Origin: Candidatus Binatia bacterium
GTDB lineage: Bacteria; Desulfobacterota; Binatia; Bin18
Direction: 5' to 3'
DNA: 64,000 nt
Assembly (NCBI GenBank): GCA_963666315.2
Contig: CAXXHG010000021.1
Coordinates: 32,001-96,000, forward strand
Both the position numbers and the translations under genes were made by a program. Positions 59,342 through 64,000 of the stretch are shown here, one piece after another. Position 1 is the first letter of the stretch, and the number at the start of each line of letters is the position of its first letter. The notes below the pieces were generated by a model that did not search any database, was not told where the DNA came from, and worked only from the letters and a program-made list of their open reading frames with translations.

Positions 59342-60403
59342 ATGAAATTCGGACTCATATTGGTCCCCCAAGTACGCGACGGACAACCTGAGCCCTTTGA
59401 TAAGCTTATCGAACAGATCGAGTACGCTGAGGAGCTTGGCTATCATGCTGTGTGGCTGACTGAACATCACTTCAGCCAATATGGGCGTGCATCGGTGCCG
59501 GTGCTCGCTGCCCAGGCTATTGCGCGTACTTCCCGCATCCGTGTTAGCACGGCGGTGGTCGTATTGCCTTTCAATAATCCGATCCGGGTGGCCGAAGACT
59601 GGGCGACGCTCGACCATATTTCTAAAGGCCGCGTTGACGTTGGCATCGGGCGAGGGAATCAACCCGCGGAGTTTTTAGGTTTCGACGTACCGATGAATGA
59701 AGCCGAACAACGTTTCACGGAGGCGCTTGAAATCCTGCGCTTGGCCTGGACTCAAGAGCGGTTTTCGTATGACGGCGAATTTTGGCATATTCCTGAGATT
59801 TCGGTTGTGCCGAAACCCTATACGCAACCGCATCCCCCCCTGTGGCAAGCGGCGCTCAGCGACTACACCGTGAAAAAGGTGATTGATCGAGGCATCAATG
59901 GTCTCATTGGTCCATACTTATGTCCGTACGACGTGCTGAAAGAACAGTATTTTGATGTCTGGCATCGCGCAGTGGCGGAAGCGGGTCGAACGGATTTACA
60001 GATATGTCATAACGAGTTCGTCTACGTAGGTGAGAGCGATGCACAGGTCAAGGCCGATATCGAAGAATCCGTCATGTGGTATATCCGCACGGCGGCCAAG
60101 ATCTGGGGCGAGCGCAATCGGGACAAGGTGGCGGAACAATATGCCAACTACACCGATATCTTGGAGTATCTTGATGTCGTGCCCTTTAGTGAGGTGTACG
60201 ATCAGCTCGGCATGTTTGGTACCCCGGATAGCGTGGCCGAGAAGATACGCTGGATGCGGGATGAAGGCGGTGTTGACTACATTATGAACTTTATGTGGTT
60301 TGGCGGGTTCGATCAGGACAAGGCGCTGCGCAATATGGAATTATTTGCCAAAGAAGTGATGCCCCGATTCAAAGAACCACAGGGTGCGGAAAGTGTTGCG
60401 TAG
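59342..60403 (+). CDS. LLM-class flavin-dependent oxidoreductase (luciferase alpha-like)
   Basis: W.TEHHFS.YG, P.RVAE..ATLD..S.GR...GIGRG, PKP..QPHPP.W, ELFA.EVMP.F. Confidence 0.92.
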   Translation: MKFGLILVPQVRDGQPEPFDKLIEQIEYAEELGYHAVWLTEHHFSQYGRASVPVLAAQAIARTSRIRVSTAVVVLPFNNPIRVAEDWATLDHISKGRVDVGIGRGNQPAEFLGFDVPMNEAEQRFTEALEILRLAWTQERFSYDGEFWHIPEISVVPKPYTQPHPPLWQAALSDYTVKKVIDRGINGLIGPYLCPYDVLKEQYFDVWHRAVAEAGRTDLQICHNEFVYVGESDAQVKADIEESVMWYIRTAAKIWGERNRDKVAEQYANYTDILEYLDVVPFSEVYDQLGMFGTPDSVAEKIRWMRDEGGVDYIMNFMWFGGFDQDKALRNMELFAKEVMPRFKEPQGAESVA

Positions 60404-60430
60404 CGAAGATCGCATAAGTGACCGCTCGCC

Positions 60431-61090
60431 ATGAGCAAACGCCCGCTCTTCGAAGAAAGCATCCTCCCGTATCGGGTCAGCCCGCAGCTGGTGGTACGGC
60501 TGATTGAGCTGCGGCACGTACAGCCCGATCTTTCCCGCTGCTCGTACTGTGGGGCCAACGACTATTGGCATCTCGCTTGGCCAGCCAGCTTGGCGTTGTC
60601 GCAACACCTGGCCTCAACCCAGTCTGCCGAATGGTGGCAGGGGAAGCGGGCATTGGTCATTGGCTGTGGGGTGGGGCTCGAAAGCGTTGTGCTCGCCTCA
60701 CTCGGTGCCAACGTGACTGCCCTCGACCACGTCCCGGAGTCCCTGCGACTCGTGCAGCGCAATTGTGAACTCAATGAAGTCCCCCGCGTCCAGGAACGGT
60801 GTTGGTGCTGGTTGGATGCGAACAGCAGGCAACAGGTTGACCAGTATGATGTGCTTGTGGGGGCTGATGTGTTGTACGAATCAGCCGACGGTGTCTGGAT
60901 CCATGAGTTGCTGACTACATTGTTGAAGCCTGGCGGGCTCGCCTTCTTTGGCGATCCGCAGCGAGAAGGCGTCGAAACGTTTTTAGAACAGCTTGCAGCC
61001 TCTCACTTTCACGTCCAGGTCCATCACCGCGAGATGGAATGGATGGCTGGACGTGAAGAGGTCGATATTTATCAGATTAAGTTGGGATAG
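60431..61090 (+). CDS. Class I SAM-dependent methyltransferase (Methyltransf_16 protein-lysine MTase-like)
   Basis: YW..AWPAS.AL, GKR.L.IGCGVGL, GADVLYE, DP.R. Confidence 0.85.
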   Translation: MSKRPLFEESILPYRVSPQLVVRLIELRHVQPDLSRCSYCGANDYWHLAWPASLALSQHLASTQSAEWWQGKRALVIGCGVGLESVVLASLGANVTALDHVPESLRLVQRNCELNEVPRVQERCWCWLDANSRQQVDQYDVLVGADVLYESADGVWIHELLTTLLKPGGLAFFGDPQREGVETFLEQLAASHFHVQVHHREMEWMAGREEVDIYQIKLG

Positions 61091-61100
61091 GGTAAATCCC

Positions 61101-61130
61101 GTAGGGCGGATGAGCGTAGCGTAAGCCGAC
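61101..61130. repeat. GTAG-family REP
   Basis: gtagggcggatgagcgtagcgtaagccgac; shares the aaatccc flank with the 35117 copy. Confidence 0.75.
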
Positions 61131-61150
61131 ACCACAGGGCTGACAGACGC

Positions 61151-61864
61151 CTACGCGAAAATCTCGTCGAAGAAGGCGCGCATGGCTTTCCACGAGCGCT
61201 CGTCCGATTGCTTGTTATAGCGAATGCCCTGTATAGAACCGTCGGCCTCTGGATTGGTAAAGCTATGCACGGTGTTGCCGTAGCTAATGACCTGCCAGTT
61301 AGCGCCAGCTTTAGTCATCTCTGCCTCAAAGGCATTGACCTGCTCGACGGGCACAAAGGGATCGTCCGCGCCGTGGCAGACTAGGATCTTTGCTTGCACC
61401 TTCCCTGACTCTGCGGGACGCTCCGTTTCCAGGGCCCCGTGAAATGAGACCACGCCTTTGAGCGGTGCGCCGTCTCGTGCCATTTCGAGAGAACAGGTCC
61501 CACCCATACAATAGCCTATGACGGCGAGGCGGTCCGTATCAACCTGCGGCAGTGCAGCCAGCGTATCGAGCCCCGCGCGTATGCGTTGGCGGAATTTGGT
61601 CGTATCCGCGCGTATGGCTCCGGCGTGTTTGATGGCTTCCTCGAGGTCGCTGACCTCAAGGCCGTTACCGTACGGATCGCCAGCCAGTGCAGCATAGCCG
61701 AGCGAGGCTAGTCTCAGAGCACGATCCTTGGCCTGCTTGCCCAATCCAAATGCCTCGGGCATCACCAAAATGCCCGGTCGCTTATGGTCGCTCTGATCGT
61801 CTAACGCCACAAACCCCTTTAGGGTCACATCACCATCTTTGTATTCAAGACTTTCTGCCTTCAT
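61151..61864 (-). CDS. Dienelactone hydrolase family protein
   Basis: PEAFG, GYCMGG, SFHG.L, HGADDP, HSFTNP. Confidence 0.93.
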   Translation of the reverse strand: MKAESLEYKDGDVTLKGFVALDDQSDHKRPGILVMPEAFGLGKQAKDRALRLASLGYAALAGDPYGNGLEVSDLEEAIKHAGAIRADTTKFRQRIRAGLDTLAALPQVDTDRLAVIGYCMGGTCSLEMARDGAPLKGVVSFHGALETERPAESGKVQAKILVCHGADDPFVPVEQVNAFEAEMTKAGANWQVISYGNTVHSFTNPEADGSIQGIRYNKQSDERSWKAMRAFFDEIFA

Positions 61865-62085
61865 GTTACTGCTCCTTTCGCTAGAGGCTTGCGAGCCACA
61901 CTGCCATTTTTTGTATCGATTGTAAAATTGCGCGCAATTTGCAAGTTCTGTAGGGTAGGTGGAAGCGGCGCATCACCCGCCGAATTAATCCTGTCAGACC
62001 TCGACGTCTCTTTCTCATTGAAAAACAAGCAGGACTGTAACATCTTTGGTTGAAAGGACTCAAGATTCGTAGCAGTGGTAATAGC

Positions 62086-62122
62086 GGAGTCCCCGGATTC
62101 CACTCCGTTTCATCCAGGCTAC
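62086..62122. repeat. GTAG-family REP on minus strand
   Basis: Reverse complement gtagcctggatgaaacggagtggaatccgggg. Confidence 0.65.
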
Positions 62123-62221
62123 AGGGAGACTTTGATCAAATCGTAGAATCGACAAACGGCTGGTACTGCCGCATGAAGGCTAGGCGCTGATCCATAAGCA
62201 AAAGATCCTGACGGAGGCGAA

Positions 62222-62440
62222 ATGGATAAAAGAGTAATCCCCACGAGCGCCCAGGAATACGTTGCTACTCTTCTCCAAAACAAAGTGGCCGAACCGTTGA
62301 GCGAGGATGCACTCAAAGAACTTGCCAGGCTGTATTCACTATTGACTGAAGGGCTAAATGCGCTCGACGCGTTTGACCTCAGTCGCGTTGAGCCCGCTGT
62401 GGGCTTTGTCATGGCGGAGGCAGACCGGAATGAAGGCTGA
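62222..62440 (+). CDS. Small GatC/AtzG-like amidase partner protein
   Basis: RBS ggagg; 72 aa helical, ends L..FDL..VEPA..F; overlaps the amidase ATG. Confidence 0.6.
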   Translation: MDKRVIPTSAQEYVATLLQNKVAEPLSEDALKELARLYSLLTEGLNALDAFDLSRVEPAVGFVMAEADRNEG

Positions 62441-63857
62441 AGAACTGGCCTTTACGAGCATTGCCGAGCTAGCTCCTCTCATTCAGCGTAAAGAGGTCTC
62501 ACCCGTAGATGTCACACGCGTCCACCTGGACCGTATTGAACGCTTGAACGGCCAATTTCTTGCCTACCTTACCGTCCTGAAAGATGAAGCACTGGCAGCG
62601 GCGCGCAACGCGGAACACGCAATTATGCGTGGGCAGTATCGTGGTCCGCTGCACGGTATTCCCATAGCGCTCAAAGACCTTTTTGCAGTGAAGGGCGTGC
62701 GTTTGACGTGCGGCTCGAAGATTCTAGCCGATCATGTCGCAGACAAAGACGCCACCGTCGTTACCCGACTCAAACAAGCCGGGGCGATGCTGCTGGGAAA
62801 ACTCAATATGCACGAGTTCGCCTGGGGCGGCACGTCACTCAATCCCCACTACGGTACCCCAAAGAACCCGTGGGACCTGACTCGTCTTCCGGGCGGATCA
62901 AGCGGTGGGTCTGCCGTGGCCACGGCTGCGGGACTGGCCATGGGGACGCTGGGGACAGATACGGGAGGCTCAGTCCGTATTCCTGCTTCGCTCAGCGGCA
63001 TCGTTGGTCTAAAGCCTACCTATGGACGCGTCAGTCGGTTCGGTGTCTATCCGCTGAGCTCTTCTTGCGATCACGTTGGGCCGCTGGCTCGTACTGTCGC
63101 TGATGCGGCCGTGCTCCTGCAAGCCATAGCCGGTCCTGACCCCAAAGACTCGTCAGCCAGTCATGTAACAGTGCCAGATTATACGTCGGCTTTGAAAGAG
63201 GACGTTCGTGGACTGCGCCTTGGGGTCCCACAAGAGTATTTTTTTGAAGATGTCGAACCCGCAGTGCGGGATGGGGTGTATGCCGCTATACAACATTTGT
63301 CTTCCCTTGGCGCTGTAGTTGAAGAGGTCTCGATCCCAAGCATACAGCACGTTATCGCCAGCTCCACGGCTATCATTGCTGCGGAAGCGTACGAGGTCCA
63401 TGCTCAGACCCTGAAAACCCGTAGCCAAGACTACGGCTCTGATGTGCGGACGCGTCTTCTGCTCGGAGCCTGCATCCAGGCGTCGCAGTATCTCAAGGCC
63501 CAACGCTTTCGGACGCTCCTGCGTCAGGAGATGCTCGACATTCTCGGTCGGGTCGATGCGCTCGTTACGCCAACGACCTTGATCGCGGCAAGTAAGATAG
63601 ACGAACCCATAATCCATATTGGCGACAAGGAATTTGTGGTTGCCGCCCATATCGCTCGGGCAACACGGCCTTTCAATATGACTGGTCTACCGACCATTTC
63701 GGTGCCGTGTGGATTTACGCCTGATGGTCTACCGATCGGCCTTCAAATTATCGGTCGGCCGTTTGAGGAAACAACGGTCTTGCATGTCGCGTACGCCTAC
63801 GAGCAGAGCACGCCGTGGCATGAACGACATCCAACTAGTCACAAAGAGTTCTTATAG
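62430..63857 (+). CDS. Amidase signature family protein (GatA/AtzE-like)
   Basis: GPLHGIPIALKD, GGSSGGS, GTDTGGSVRIPA. Confidence 0.95.
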   Translation: MKAEELAFTSIAELAPLIQRKEVSPVDVTRVHLDRIERLNGQFLAYLTVLKDEALAAARNAEHAIMRGQYRGPLHGIPIALKDLFAVKGVRLTCGSKILADHVADKDATVVTRLKQAGAMLLGKLNMHEFAWGGTSLNPHYGTPKNPWDLTRLPGGSSGGSAVATAAGLAMGTLGTDTGGSVRIPASLSGIVGLKPTYGRVSRFGVYPLSSSCDHVGPLARTVADAAVLLQAIAGPDPKDSSASHVTVPDYTSALKEDVRGLRLGVPQEYFFEDVEPAVRDGVYAAIQHLSSLGAVVEEVSIPSIQHVIASSTAIIAAEAYEVHAQTLKTRSQDYGSDVRTRLLLGACIQASQYLKAQRFRTLLRQEMLDILGRVDALVTPTTLIAASKIDEPIIHIGDKEFVVAAHIARATRPFNMTGLPTISVPCGFTPDGLPIGLQIIGRPFEETTVLHVAYAYEQSTPWHERHPTSHKEFL

Positions 63858-64000
63858 ATCACCCCGTCTTTCATGACCAGGCACGGCCCGCCCGCCTCGG
63901 GCTGCAGGACGTTGACATCTTCAAGCGGATTTCCGTCAAAAACAACCAGGTCCGCGTCTGCCCCTGGAGCGACCGTGCCCAATTTTCCTTGCTGGTTCAG
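63839..64000 (-). CDS. Amidohydrolase C-terminus (truncated by window)
   Basis: GKLGTVAPGADADLVVFDGNPLED...VMKDG. Confidence 0.8.
   Translation of the reverse strand: MNQQGKLGTVAPGADADLVVFDGNPLEDVNVLQPEAGGPCLVMKDGVIYKNSL

Noticed and set aside
46138-63857. gatA assignment for either amidase
   Set aside because: No gatB is adjacent and the context is catabolic; left as amidase-signature family
1-64000. Genome-wide amber recoding
   Set aside because: Many intact genes (e.g. ending 771, 25585, 45937, 60403) terminate at TAG at the expected family C-terminus

Overview
A GC-rich bacterial chromosomal region dominated by catabolic and redox enzymes: five luciferase-like (LLM) oxidoreductases, two PPOX/FDOR-type proteins, several amidohydrolases, two amidases, alpha/beta hydrolases and two family III CoA-transferases. 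It also holds an intact bioF-A-D-B operon, an Atu/Liu-like biotin-dependent carboxylase plus acyl-CoA dehydrogenase cluster, a soluble acyl-ACP desaturase, a WS/DGAT-like gene, and a hydantoinase-FDOR-carbamoylase cluster. This gene repertoire is reminiscent of Binatia- or Tectomicrobia-like uncultured lineages (inference only). Between these blocks lie scars: a DISARM DrmB fragment, an Mrr_N protein, a terminase small-subunit fragment, IS256 and IS30 remnants, a RAYT-like fragment, three decayed toxin-antitoxin loci, several REP families and 9-bp-period repeats. Many genes carry single-base frameshifts or abrupt junctions, so sequencing or assembly error cannot be separated from true decay. 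I found no rRNA, tRNA or CRISPR array. Best candidates for novelty: (i) an FDOR between a dihydropyrimidinase and a carbamoylase, possibly an F420H2-dependent substitute for dihydropyrimidine dehydrogenase; (ii) an F420-type LLM with a Sec-like signal peptide; (iii) a WS/DGAT with a non-canonical active site beside an orphan PhaE-like gene. All family calls come from motif recognition, not database searches.
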